Shown: positions 11,298 through 22,775, numbered from the stretch's first letter. The stretch is 25,182 bases of DNA from Sulfurimonadaceae bacterium (GCA_041548245.1 JBFESZ010000024.1:1-25182), one strand, 5' to 3'. Translations and numbers: made by a program. Notes: generated from the sequence alone by a model not told the origin.

Positions 11298-12530
11298 GTG
11301 GCTGAATATCTATTCTCTTCGCAAGATAGAGACAAAGAGTATGAACGCTTATGTCTTATTCAAGACTCTTTTGATGAAAAAACAAAAAAGTATCTGCTGA
11401 AATCCGGTCTTAAAGAGGGAATGGACTGCCTAGAGGTTGGAATAGGAGCAGGATCGATTGCCTTATGGATGAAAGAACAGGTTGGTAGAGATGGCTCTGT
11501 TTTTGGTGTGGACTTGGATACAAGCTATGTTGATGATAAAGAACTTCGCCTGATTCAGGGAGATATTTTAAAGGTTGATATTAAGCAGACTTTTGATCTT
11601 ATCCATGTTCGCTATGTCCTTATTCATAATAAAGACTCTCAAGCAATTCTCACTAAACTCAAATCACTTCTTAAACCCCATGGAAAACTTGTCATAGAAG
11701 AGCCTGACTTTACTTTGGCAAAATGGATAGAGGCAGTAGATATTGAGGCTTGTAAGCGAGTTAACAGTGCGTTGTGTAAGATGTTTGAGCAAAGGAGTCT
11801 GAAAGCACATTATGGTTCAATCGTGCATTTGAGCTTACAAGAACTTGGCTTTGAGATTGAGGAGAACCACTCTTATCTGCATCTTTGTAGTGGAAGAGAA
11901 GAGGTAGCCAGAGTGATGGCTTATTCTACAAAAGCACTCGCTCAGATGTGTCTTGATACCAAGCTTTGTTCAGAAGATGATATTGTTAAATATATCAGTG
12001 CTTGCGATGATAAAGAATCTCTTGCTGTCTATTATGCAACGATTGTTGTCACAGCTTCTAAGGGAGAGGATAGTACAGTACTTTTGGGCTTAGATAGAAG
12101 TCTGCGCAAAGATGGTTTTTATGTAGCTAAAAGTGATGAAGAGATTAACGAATGTTTCTCTTTAATGAGTCTTTTACGCCCTCATTATAATCAAGAGTCT
12201 TTTTTATTACAGGTGAAAGAACAGATTGCAGATGGGTATACTCTTGTGTATCTTTACAGTGGAGACACTCTTGTCTCTTTGGCAGGTTATCGAATAGTAA
12301 GTAATCTAGCCTGGGGAAGATATTTGTATGTTGAGGATCTTGTCTCATTGGAGGTGCAGAGATCCCAAGGATATGGAAAAAAGATGATTGCACATCTGAT
12401 AGAGATTGCTAAGCAAGAAGGATGTGTTCAGATACACCTGGATTCAGGTGTTCAGCGTTTTAAAGCTCACAAGTTTTATCTTAGAGAAGGCTTCAAAATA
12501 GCTTCTCATCATTTTTCGATGCTGCTATAA
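11298..12530 (+). CDS. Class I SAM-dependent methyltransferase fused to a GNAT N-acetyltransferase
   Basis: N-terminal LEVGIGAGS, GVDLD, FDLIHVRYVLIH, LKPHGKLVIEE. C-terminal LYVEDLV, RSQGYGKKM, LDSGVQRFKAHKFY. Confidence 0.88.
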   Translation: MAEYLFSSQDRDKEYERLCLIQDSFDEKTKKYLLKSGLKEGMDCLEVGIGAGSIALWMKEQVGRDGSVFGVDLDTSYVDDKELRLIQGDILKVDIKQTFDLIHVRYVLIHNKDSQAILTKLKSLLKPHGKLVIEEPDFTLAKWIEAVDIEACKRVNSALCKMFEQRSLKAHYGSIVHLSLQELGFEIEENHSYLHLCSGREEVARVMAYSTKALAQMCLDTKLCSEDDIVKYISACDDKESLAVYYATIVVTASKGEDSTVLLGLDRSLRKDGFYVAKSDEEINECFSLMSLLRPHYNQESFLLQVKEQIADGYTLVYLYSGDTLVSLAGYRIVSNLAWGRYLYVEDLVSLEVQRSQGYGKKMIAHLIEIAKQEGCVQIHLDSGVQRFKAHKFYLREGFKIASHHFSMLL

Positions 12531-12983
12531 CAGGGTGATGTAGTTACTTAACTGTTTGATCTCCTCATCACTCAGTGGTTTTATCTGTGCTTCCATAATC
12601 GCTTTCATTTTTCCACCATAGGTGCCGTTTTTATATCCATGTAAAGCGTTTTGAATTTTGTCTGAATCCCATTGAGAAATATTTGCAGAGGTGTTGAGTG
12701 CTGACTTTTCCGCATTCAACCCGTGACAAGAGGCACATTTGTTGGTGTAAAGTTTGGAGGCATTGGCCGGCTGTGTCTGAAGTACTAAAGCTGACTCTGT
12801 TACAGTGGTTTTTGTATTGATCTGTTCAACACTTTGCTTTGCCTCATTGACAGCATCGATTTTATGATCGACCAGGGTTCTTTTCTCTTCTTTTACGACT
12901 TTCTCTTCATTGCTGCAGGCACTGAGAAAAAGAAGCACTAAGGGCAAAAAAAAGGCTGTGTTGAATGTTTTCATTGTTGACAT
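12525..12983 (-). CDS. Lipoprotein monoheme cytochrome c (c553-like domain)
   Basis: Lipobox LSAC, heme motif CASCH, distal Met region YGGKMKAIM. SD AAGGA 5 nt before the ATG. Confidence 0.9.
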   Translation of the reverse strand: MSTMKTFNTAFFLPLVLLFLSACSNEEKVVKEEKRTLVDHKIDAVNEAKQSVEQINTKTTVTESALVLQTQPANASKLYTNKCASCHGLNAEKSALNTSANISQWDSDKIQNALHGYKNGTYGGKMKAIMEAQIKPLSDEEIKQLSNYITLL

Positions 12984-13094
12984 GTGTTTCCTTGATGATA
13001 TGGTTATAAAGCACGCGAGAGTCAGGCAAATAGTTCAATGGCGTTCATATTCATGTGCCTGCTGTCTTTGTTATAAATGTTGTATGATATATAT

Positions 13095-13100
13095 ATCTTA
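13095..13100 (-). promoter_or_regulatory. Possible -10 box (TAAGAT) for the cytochrome c gene
   Basis: TAAGAT on the - strand about 110 nt upstream of the ATG, in an AT-rich divergent region. Confidence 0.35.
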
Positions 13101-13183
13101 CTAAGGAAGCTATAGGATGTAAAGAATAATGAAGAGTTTGAAGCTTGTTTTAAGGGGAAGCTTTATTCTTGTAAAAAACTAGG

Positions 13184-13189
13184 TATAAT
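13184..13189 (+). promoter_or_regulatory. Sigma70 -10 box for the dapC-murC-mutS2 unit
   Basis: Perfect TATAAT 32 nt upstream of ATG 13222. Confidence 0.6.
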
Positions 13190-13221
13190 TACAAAAAAAT
13201 ATTAAAGATGTTAATACCCCA

Positions 13222-14361
13222 ATGCAATTTGAATCTTACCCTTTTGAAAAACTAAATACACTATTGTCTGATATAGAGCCTGACACCGACAAAGAGCTTA
13301 TTGCCTTGACGATAGGCGAGCCCCAGTTTGAAACACCAGCGTTTATTCAAGATGCATTGAAAAACAGTAGCGATCTGTTAAAGAAGTATCCAAAAACTGC
13401 AGGTGAAGACGAGACGATCAAGGCCATGTTGGCCTTTAACAAAAAACGTTTTGGTCTGGATCTTGAAGAAGATCAGCTTATCCCCTGCTTTGGGACCCGT
13501 GAAGTCTTGTTTAACTTTCCGCAGTTTTTACTCTTTGATATCAAAGATCCAGTCATGGCATTTACAAACCCTTTTTACCAGATTTATGAGGGCGCAGCTA
13601 TCGCTTCAAGAGCAAAGATGGTTTTTGTCAACCTTACACCAGAGAATGATTTTAAACCTACCATGAGTGAAGAACAGCTTGACGAAGCTGATCTTGTCAT
13701 CTTGAACTTTCCAAACAATCCGACAGCTTCGGTACTCAGTCTGGACGAGCTTGGCGAATGGGTAAAATTGGCGTTAAAACATGATTTCGTTCTTTTAAAT
13801 GATGAGTGTTACAGTGAAATATATACGGATACACCACCGCCGTCGCTATTGGAAGCGGCAGTGCATGTCGGAAATACAAGTTTTAAAAACTCTTTGGTCA
13901 TCAATTCGATCTCAAAGCGTTCATCTGCACCGGGGCTTCGTTCCGGTTTTATTGCCGGTGATGCGAAGATACTAAAAGGATATATGCAGTACCGTACTTA
14001 TATTGGGTGCGCGTCGCCGCTGCCTTTACAAGCTGCTGCCGCCGTTGCATGGCTGGATGAAGAGCATGTGGAAAGTTCCCGCAAAATCTATAAAAGAAAC
14101 TTTAAGATCGCACACGAAATCTTGGGCACGGCGATTCCGGAGGCGAGTTTTTATATCTGGCTCAAAGTTGATGATGAGATTGCTTTTACACGAAGATTGT
14201 ACAAAGAGCATAATGTCAAGGTGCTTCCGGGATCTTTCTTGGGCCGTGATGATGAACATGGCGTCAATCCGGGGAAAGGTTACGTCCGCATTGCTCTGGT
14301 ACACAGTGAAGAAAAAACACGTCAAGCCATGGAGGCTGTCAAAACATGTCTGAACTCTTAG
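13222..14361 (+). CDS. dapC: PLP-dependent class I/II aminotransferase, probably succinyldiaminopimelate transaminase
   Basis: YPFEKL, LTIGEPQF, GTREVLF, NPFYQIYEGAA, PNNPT, DECYSEIY, SISKRSSAPGLRSGF. Confidence 0.85.
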   Translation: MQFESYPFEKLNTLLSDIEPDTDKELIALTIGEPQFETPAFIQDALKNSSDLLKKYPKTAGEDETIKAMLAFNKKRFGLDLEEDQLIPCFGTREVLFNFPQFLLFDIKDPVMAFTNPFYQIYEGAAIASRAKMVFVNLTPENDFKPTMSEEQLDEADLVILNFPNNPTASVLSLDELGEWVKLALKHDFVLLNDECYSEIYTDTPPPSLLEAAVHVGNTSFKNSLVINSISKRSSAPGLRSGFIAGDAKILKGYMQYRTYIGCASPLPLQAAAAVAWLDEEHVESSRKIYKRNFKIAHEILGTAIPEASFYIWLKVDDEIAFTRRLYKEHNVKVLPGSFLGRDDEHGVNPGKGYVRIALVHSEEKTRQAMEAVKTCLNS

Positions 14362-14852
14362 TACAAATCAGAGAAAGAACAATTGAAGCTGTGCACCATG
14401 GTGATATCAAAGCACTTTATGAGATCGTGGAGACACATCATGATGCGCTTAATGATGATATTGAACAGGGGCTATACGGAAACATTTTAGAACTTGCATT
14501 GGAGTTGTTAACCAATGCGTTAGAAACAAAGGCTAAACTTTCACTACAAGAAGAACAAGAGTATTATACGCTGCGTGCATTGTACGAGTATGCGATATCG
14601 CATTACAGTGCGAAACGTTTCGAAGATGCAAAGGCTCTTTTTGAGGTATTGGTTGGTATTGCAGCTGATGATGAATTTATCAATGCCATGCAGATTCATG
14701 CAAGGGCGGCCTCTTTGCATATGGATATTGACAGCTTTTTAGATGATTATTGTGAAATAAATGGAAAGATGGACGATTTCTATATCAAAGCTTTTAAGGT
14801 TAAGGTACAAGAATTGCTAGAAGACTCAAAAGAGGCAAAGGATCAAAAGTGA
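14346..14852 (+). CDS. Hypothetical acidic helical protein (possible single TPR-like motif)
   Basis: 168-aa ORF overlapping dapC and murC at either end; GGAGG upstream. Confidence 0.8.
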   Translation: MSELLVQIRERTIEAVHHGDIKALYEIVETHHDALNDDIEQGLYGNILELALELLTNALETKAKLSLQEEQEYYTLRALYEYAISHYSAKRFEDAKALFEVLVGIAADDEFINAMQIHARAASLHMDIDSFLDDYCEINGKMDDFYIKAFKVKVQELLEDSKEAKDQK

Positions 14853-16150
14853 AAATACACTTTATAGGAATCGGTGGTATCGGTATCTCTGCTTTGGCAA
14901 AGTTTATGATGGCTCAAGGTCATGAAGTTAGCGGTTCTGATATCTCCGAAACAGTGATCACAAAAAAGCTGAAGAATATGGGGATAGAGTTGACTATCCC
15001 GCATAATGCATCTGCGATTACAGACCAGGACCTTGTGATACACTCTGCCATTATCCGTCCTGATAATGTGGAAGTCCTTGCTGCTCTAGAGAAAAACATT
15101 CAAGTCCTTGCTCGCCGTGAGGCATTACCATTAATTCTTGAGAACAAGAAGGTGTATGCAGTCTGTGGTGCACACGGTAAGAGTACAACAACAGCTATCT
15201 TGTCTTCTGCCCTGGAAGGTTCTGCTATTATCGGTGCGGAATCAAAAGAGTTTGGGGACAATGTTCGTTACAGTAAAAGTGATGTTGTACTGTTTGAAGC
15301 GGATGAGAGTGATGGAAGCTTTTTGAATTCAAATCCCTATTGTGCCATCGTTCCTAATGCTGAACCGGAGCATATGGAGTATTATGACTATAACTTTGAC
15401 CGCTTCTATGATGCATATAAAACTTTTATCAATGCTGCAACTTTGCGTGTCATTAATGCAGAAGACCCATTTCTCTCCACACTTGATTGTGAAGCAGTTC
15501 GTCTTTATCCAAGCAAGGATATCAAAAATATCGAATACATACTGATTAATGATGAACCTCACACACGTTTTGAACTTTTGGATATGGGTACCTTTGAAGT
15601 ATGGGGGTTTGGTGAGCATATAGCCATTGATGCAGCTTTAGCTATTCTGGCAGCAATTGAAACGGAAGATGTTGAGACTGTACGCAGTAGGCTTCTAAAC
15701 TTTAAGGGTATCAAAAAACGTTTTGATATCATCAATAAACACAACTCTATTCTAATTGATGATTATGGTCACCATCCGACAGAGATAAAGGCAACGCTTG
15801 AGTCAGTAAAGGCTTATGCGGATCTAATGGGAATTGATAAGATTACAGCTATTTGGCAACCGCATAAATATAGCCGTACCATTGATAACCTTGATGCTTT
15901 CATCAACTGCTTTGAGGGTGCGTCTGAACTGATTATTCTACCGGTATGGGCGGCAGGTGAAAAGGTCCGTGAGATAAATTTTGAAAAAGACTTTGAACGT
16001 TACTCTCCAATGATGGCAGATGGTGTAAAACGCTCAAACAATGACCTAGAGGTCATGAAAGATGACAAGGTAGTGAAATCTTTAGACAAGGGACTTATCG
16101 TCGGATTCGGTGCAGGTGATATCACCTACCAGTTAAGAGGAATCGCATAA
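14849..16150 (+). CDS. murC: UDP-N-acetylmuramate--L-alanine ligase
   Basis: IHFIGIGGIGIS, GAHGKSTTT, EADESDGSF, DDYGHHPTEI, QPHKYSR, GAGDI. Confidence 0.98.
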   Translation: MKIHFIGIGGIGISALAKFMMAQGHEVSGSDISETVITKKLKNMGIELTIPHNASAITDQDLVIHSAIIRPDNVEVLAALEKNIQVLARREALPLILENKKVYAVCGAHGKSTTTAILSSALEGSAIIGAESKEFGDNVRYSKSDVVLFEADESDGSFLNSNPYCAIVPNAEPEHMEYYDYNFDRFYDAYKTFINAATLRVINAEDPFLSTLDCEAVRLYPSKDIKNIEYILINDEPHTRFELLDMGTFEVWGFGEHIAIDAALAILAAIETEDVETVRSRLLNFKGIKKRFDIINKHNSILIDDYGHHPTEIKATLESVKAYADLMGIDKITAIWQPHKYSRTIDNLDAFINCFEGASELIILPVWAAGEKVREINFEKDFERYSPMMADGVKRSNNDLEVMKDDKVVKSLDKGLIVGFGAGDITYQLRGIA

Positions 16151-16479
16151 TGCTATACCTCTTTGGTATTCTTCTTCTCATACTGCTCTTTGTAGTCCTG
16201 CATTTTTTTACAGAGATTCCGCTAAGAGAGAAACTGATTGTTTCAGGACTTTTGGCTGCTGTTATTTTGGGCGCTTATCTGTTTAATCAGAGCAGTGAAA
16301 AACGAAGAGTCCATCTTGAAGGTGTATTGTTGAATTATACGCATGGGAAAACGATCTCATGCAATAATATCGATGTCAATAACTCTGAATTCTCATACAG
16401 CTCTGGAACGCAGACCTTCTTGGGAAAAAAAGAGAGTCAAATGTTTGGACGTATCATCAGTCTTGATCAATGTCAGTAA
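16150..16479 (+). CDS. Small membrane protein (two N-terminal TM helices)
   Basis: TAATG coupling to murC; two hydrophobic segments followed by a small soluble domain. Confidence 0.82.
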   Translation: MLYLFGILLLILLFVVLHFFTEIPLREKLIVSGLLAAVILGAYLFNQSSEKRRVHLEGVLLNYTHGKTISCNNIDVNNSEFSYSSGTQTFLGKKESQMFGRIISLDQCQ

Positions 16480-18674
16480 ACAATAACATCTCTTCCCAGC
16501 TTGACCTGGATCCTTTTCTTTCCCAGTTTTTAGATTTTTACAGTCGTGAAAAACCTTTGTATATCGAAGGTGATCAAAACCGTCACTATACACTTATCTC
16601 AATATTGGATAAGTATGAGTTCAAATCGCCTCCAAAAGTAAAGCCGCTTAAAAGTGCCTTGGCATATCTTAAAAAGCAGGGGCAATTAAACCTCGAAGAC
16701 ATATTTCAATTTGTCAATATAGTGCGTTATTTCAGGTATCTTCAAAAGTTTGATTTCGAAGCTGCTTTGGGTTCTTGGATACATGGAATAGAAGTTCATC
16801 CCGATTTCGAAGAGATAGATACTGCCTTTGATGAAAAGGGGAACTTCAAAGAGGAACTTGATGAAGAATTAAGTGCGATAAATTTGCGTCTCAAGCATTT
16901 AAAAGAGCAACTCTCTTCGAGTATGAAACGTATACTCTTTACGCAAAAACTCGAACCTTACCTTGTGGACAAGCAGGTCCACCTTTTTAATGAAGAGGAG
17001 TGTCTTCTTCTTCGCCCTGGATTCAACCATCATCTTAAGGGAAATATTGTCGGTAGAAGTTCTTCTGGGTTCTTCTATGTTTCACCCGAGTCAATCTCGA
17101 AACTAAAATCACAAGTACGATCGGTTCAGCAGGAAAAGGAAGGAAGGCTATATGAGTATGCGAAAGCCTTCTCTTCATTGATGCATAAGATGTATGGTTT
17201 TTTAAATTTTATCAATAAGAGCTTTGATACCTTTGACCATTATCAGGCACGGGTCTTTTTTTCACGAGCCAAAGGGCTTCAGCTGATAAAGACAGATAAG
17301 TCGGACAAGATTGTACTAAATGAATTCAAACACCCAGCTATCGCAAACGCCAAGTCTATCAGTGTTGATTTCAGTAATCCTGTACTGATGATAACGGGAG
17401 TCAATGCAGGCGGTAAGACAATGCTTCTTAAGGCTATTCTCTCTTCTGCTTATCTTGCCAAATATCTGATCCCTATGCCGATTAATCTCAAGGGTTCAGT
17501 CATAGGCTCTTTCAAATCTATTCAAGCGATTATTGATGATCCGCAGAACGTCAAAAACGATATCTCTACATTTGCAGGAAGGATGATCTCTTTTAGTAAG
17601 CTCTTTAGTGAAGATGCAATGTTGGTCGGTGTGGATGAAATAGAACTTGGAACTGATTCTGATGAGGCGGCAGCTCTGTTTAAGGTGATGCTTGAGGAAC
17701 TGATGCAGCGTGGCATGAAGATCGTGATCACAACCCATCACAAACGTTTAGCTTCACTGATGGCAGAGAATAAAAAAGTCTCACTGATGGCAGCTGTATA
17801 TGATGAGATCAACAGAAGACCGACCTATGAGTTTTTGCAGGGTATCATCGGTAAGTCCTATGCATTTGAGACGGCTTCGCGCTATGGTGTTCCAATAAAA
17901 CTAGTTCAGGAAGCGAAGGTGGTCTATGGGCAGAATCATGAGAAACTTAATGCCCTTATCGAACGTTCAAGCGAGCTTGAACGTGAACTCAAGCTTAAGC
18001 ATGAGAGGCTTGATATGGAACTTGAAGCTGTCTATGAAGAGCGAAAAGAGCTTAAAGCACTAAAAGAAAATATCTATCTTGATTTGAAAAAAGAGAAAGA
18101 TACCTTAGAAATGAGTTATCAAAAAGCTATCTCAGAAGCGAAAGAGGCTGTAAAATCAAAGGATCAAAAAGAATTACACCGTGCTTTAAATCGTGCGAAC
18201 AAAGAGCTTCCAAAAGTCAAACCGCATGAAAAAGTCAAAACAGAGTATAAATTTAAGGTAGGCGATAGTGTCCAATACCGTCGTACGCAGGGAACCATTG
18301 TCTCTTTAAAGTCTAAAGAGGCTTTGATTGAAGCGGACGGCATGCGTTTACGGGTCAAATTGACCGAACTTAAACCGATCAAAGAGATTCTTGCGAAGAA
18401 AAAGAGCCAGGTAACACTTCAAAAAGAGAAACGTTCCGGATTGAAACTTGACCTGCATGGCCTACGGGCAGAGGAGGCGATTGAAAAGATGGATGTCTTT
18501 TTGTCGGATGCATTGATAGAGGGGTGGGATGAAGTCCTGATCTACCACGGTATTGGAACAGGCAAGCTCTCTTATGCCGTCAAAGAGTTTTTAAAAGCTC
18601 ATCCATCTGTCAAAAGCTTTTCAGATGCGCCTCAAAACATGGGCGGCTTTGGTGCAAAACTTGTCCAGCTATAA
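16470..18674 (+). CDS. mutS2: MutS2 family ATPase/endonuclease
   Basis: Walker A TGVNAGGKT, ISTFAG, DEIELGTD, TTH, coiled coil, C-terminal Smr domain LDLHG..IYHGIGTG. Confidence 0.96.
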   Translation: MSVNNNISSQLDLDPFLSQFLDFYSREKPLYIEGDQNRHYTLISILDKYEFKSPPKVKPLKSALAYLKKQGQLNLEDIFQFVNIVRYFRYLQKFDFEAALGSWIHGIEVHPDFEEIDTAFDEKGNFKEELDEELSAINLRLKHLKEQLSSSMKRILFTQKLEPYLVDKQVHLFNEEECLLLRPGFNHHLKGNIVGRSSSGFFYVSPESISKLKSQVRSVQQEKEGRLYEYAKAFSSLMHKMYGFLNFINKSFDTFDHYQARVFFSRAKGLQLIKTDKSDKIVLNEFKHPAIANAKSISVDFSNPVLMITGVNAGGKTMLLKAILSSAYLAKYLIPMPINLKGSVIGSFKSIQAIIDDPQNVKNDISTFAGRMISFSKLFSEDAMLVGVDEIELGTDSDEAAALFKVMLEELMQRGMKIVITTHHKRLASLMAENKKVSLMAAVYDEINRRPTYEFLQGIIGKSYAFETASRYGVPIKLVQEAKVVYGQNHEKLNALIERSSELERELKLKHERLDMELEAVYEERKELKALKENIYLDLKKEKDTLEMSYQKAISEAKEAVKSKDQKELHRALNRANKELPKVKPHEKVKTEYKFKVGDSVQYRRTQGTIVSLKSKEALIEADGMRLRVKLTELKPIKEILAKKKSQVTLQKEKRSGLKLDLHGLRAEEAIEKMDVFLSDALIEGWDEVLIYHGIGTGKLSYAVKEFLKAHPSVKSFSDAPQNMGGFGAKLVQL

Positions 18675-18712
18675 GAAAAAGCCCTGGTTCAAAAGTACTT
18701 GAAAAATATTTT

Positions 18713-20724
<2,012 letters not shown>

Positions 20725-20784
20725 GATTAAGTCATCCTTTCAATTCAATCTAATATTTTTTTTCAGGATTTGCTTATTGAATCT

Positions 20785-20793
20785 TGTTACACT
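20785..20793 (+). promoter_or_regulatory. Possible extended -10 promoter for msrB
   Basis: TGTTACACT 23 nt upstream of ATG 20817. Confidence 0.45.
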
Positions 20794-20816
20794 TCTGCTC
20801 AAAAAAAAGGTTTAGC

Positions 20817-21179
20817 ATGGCATATAATGAATTAACTCCAGAAGAGAAGTATGTGATTTTAGAGAAGGGAACAGAAGCTCCATTCTCCGGTAAGTTCTAT
20901 AAACATAACGGTAAAGGTGTATATACTTGCCGTCAATGTAACGCTCCATTGTTTAATTCAGAGGATAAGTTCGAATCTGGTTCGGGATGGCCGAGTTTTG
21001 ATGACGATATCGTGGGGGCAGTCAAACGTATACCTGATGCTGATGGATATCGTGTTGAGATCGTATGTGCGAACTGTGGAGGACATCTTGGACATGTCTT
21101 TGAAGGTGAGGGTCTGACCACTAAGAATACACGCCATTGTGTTAATTCGCTTTCTATAGATTTTATCGAAGAAGATTAA
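20817..21179 (+). CDS. msrB: Methionine-R-sulfoxide reductase
   Basis: GTEAPF, CRQC and CANC Zn ligands, SGSGWPSF, HLGHVF, RHCVNS. AAGG SD supports ATG 20817. Confidence 0.96.
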   Translation: MAYNELTPEEKYVILEKGTEAPFSGKFYKHNGKGVYTCRQCNAPLFNSEDKFESGSGWPSFDDDIVGAVKRIPDADGYRVEIVCANCGGHLGHVFEGEGLTTKNTRHCVNSLSIDFIEED

Positions 21180-21186
21180 TATAGAG

Positions 21187-21192
21187 TATAAT
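21187..21192 (+). promoter_or_regulatory. -10 box for tlyA-ribF
   Basis: TATAAT 21 nt upstream of the tlyA ATG. Confidence 0.55.
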
Positions 21193-21213
21193 TCGACTAA
21201 AAAGTAGCCTCTT

Positions 21214-21924
21214 ATGATAAGACTCGATCAATATTTAGTCGAAAACAATCTTGTAGACAGCCGAAATAAGGCTCAACAATTGATCAAAGACTCAAAGGTC
21301 AAAGTAGATAAAAAAGTCATTACCAAACCTTCGTTTAAGGTGTCAGATGAAAACATTGAGCTCGATGATGAACATATCTATGTCTCCAGAGCTGCTTATA
21401 AACTAAAAAACTTTCTCCCTTTGCTCCCTTTTGATGTCAAAGGAATGAAGGCTTTGGATATAGGTTCATCGACTGGCGGTTTTACTGAAGTCTTATTGAT
21501 GAATGATGTGGCTTCAGTGACTTCTGTGGATGTAGGCTCTTCACAACTGCATGAAAAACTTTTAAGTGATCCTCGTGTTCATAGTGTTGAAAATACGGAT
21601 ATCAGAGATTTTAAAAGTGATGACTCTTTTGAGCTTATTACATGTGATGTCTCCTTTATCTCACTTCATCATATCTTAGAAGCCATTGACACACTAAGCA
21701 CCAAATATATGATATTATTGTTTAAACCGCAGTTTGAGGTAGGTAAAGAGGTCAAGCGTGATAAGAACGGTGTGGTTACAGACAAGAAGGCTGTTTTCTC
21801 GGCTATGTTAAAATTTGAAGATAGATGTACATTGCTGGGATGGAAAAAAATTTTGATGGAAGCATCGTCAATTACTGGAAAAGAGGGTAATGTTGAATAC
21901 TGCTACTGTTATGAGAAGTGTTAA
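21214..21924 (+). CDS. tlyA: TlyA family rRNA (cytidine-2'-O)-methyltransferase
   Basis: S4 domain RLDQYLV, YVSRAAYKL, LDIGSSTGGFT, DVSFISL, KPQFE, GKEGNVE. Confidence 0.96.
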   Translation: MIRLDQYLVENNLVDSRNKAQQLIKDSKVKVDKKVITKPSFKVSDENIELDDEHIYVSRAAYKLKNFLPLLPFDVKGMKALDIGSSTGGFTEVLLMNDVASVTSVDVGSSQLHEKLLSDPRVHSVENTDIRDFKSDDSFELITCDVSFISLHHILEAIDTLSTKYMILLFKPQFEVGKEVKRDKNGVVTDKKAVFSAMLKFEDRCTLLGWKKILMEASSITGKEGNVEYCYCYEKC

Positions 21925-21947
21925 TAGAGAATATATAAAGGTGTCAA

Positions 21948-22775
21948 ATGTCAATTTCTAACCAAATTGATACGATTGCCTTGGGCGGTTTTGATGGCAT
22001 GCATGCTGCACACCAGTATCTTTTCCAAGAACTTGGTGAAAATGGGGCCGTTATAGCGATAGAGACGGGGTATGCCGACTTGACCCCGGGGACTCATCGT
22101 CAAGAGCATACGCATTATCCCATTTTCTATGTTGAGCTTGATAATATCAAAGGGCTCAGCGGAAAAGAGTTTGTCCAAAAGTTACAAATGGATTTTCCTG
22201 CTTTAAAGAAAATCGTCGTAGGTTTTGATTTTCATTTTGGGCATAAACGCTCATGTACCAGTTTAGACTTAAAAACATTTTTTGACGGTGAAGTTGTGAT
22301 CGTAGATGAGATAAAGATAGAAGGCGAAGCTGTACATTCTCATCGGATCCGTCATCTATTGGAAAAAGGCAGACTTGAGCAAGCCAACCTGTTTTTAGGA
22401 TATAACTATCAGCTTAAGGGCAATGTCGTCCCGGGGCAGGGTGTAGGCAAAGAGAAGCTGGTCCCTACTATCAATGTTCACGTTCAAGGCTACCGTCTGC
22501 CAAAAGAGGGAGTGTATGCGACACTGACACGCCTGGATGACGATACCCTGTACCCTTCAATCAGTTTTATCGGACAACGCCATATCACAGATGGCTCATT
22601 CGCCATAGAGACACATATCTTAGAGCAAGAGGTTAAAGCCAGCCAGAAAGCAGAGATATCTTTTTTACATTATATTCGCAAAAACAGTGCCTTTGATTCT
22701 TTTGAAACTTTGAAAGAACAGATTCTTCTTGACATTGCTGAGGCGAAAAAGATTATTAATTTTTTAGCCTTATAA
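21948..22775 (+). CDS. ribF: Bifunctional riboflavin kinase / FAD synthetase
   Basis: GGFDGMHAAHQ, VVGFDFHFG, GQGVG..PTIN, GVYAT, IETHIL. Confidence 0.95.
   Translation: MSISNQIDTIALGGFDGMHAAHQYLFQELGENGAVIAIETGYADLTPGTHRQEHTHYPIFYVELDNIKGLSGKEFVQKLQMDFPALKKIVVGFDFHFGHKRSCTSLDLKTFFDGEVVIVDEIKIEGEAVHSHRIRHLLEKGRLEQANLFLGYNYQLKGNVVPGQGVGKEKLVPTINVHVQGYRLPKEGVYATLTRLDDDTLYPSISFIGQRHITDGSFAIETHILEQEVKASQKAEISFLHYIRKNSAFDSFETLKEQILLDIAEAKKIINFLAL

Noticed and set aside
13025-13060. Fluoride riboswitch-like CAATGGCGTTC
   Set aside because: Lacks the P1 pairing and the downstream GCUAAUGAC-type pseudoknot segment; no fluoride-related gene follows.
12910-13104. 64-aa + strand ORF with a Cys-rich end as a possible modified-peptide precursor
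   Set aside because: TTG start inside the antisense cytochrome gene, no SD, and it runs across a promoter region.
13169-13194. TTGTAA-N14-TTACAA dyad around the dapC -10 box
   Set aside because: Six-bp arms in very AT-rich DNA are expected by chance; no second copy identified.
20784-20816. Longer starts in the ORF track (msrB 20784, xseB 7577, metY 5245, DUF3108-like 24612)
   Set aside because: Downstream ATGs have properly spaced SD sequences and fit the family N-termini or a signal peptide.
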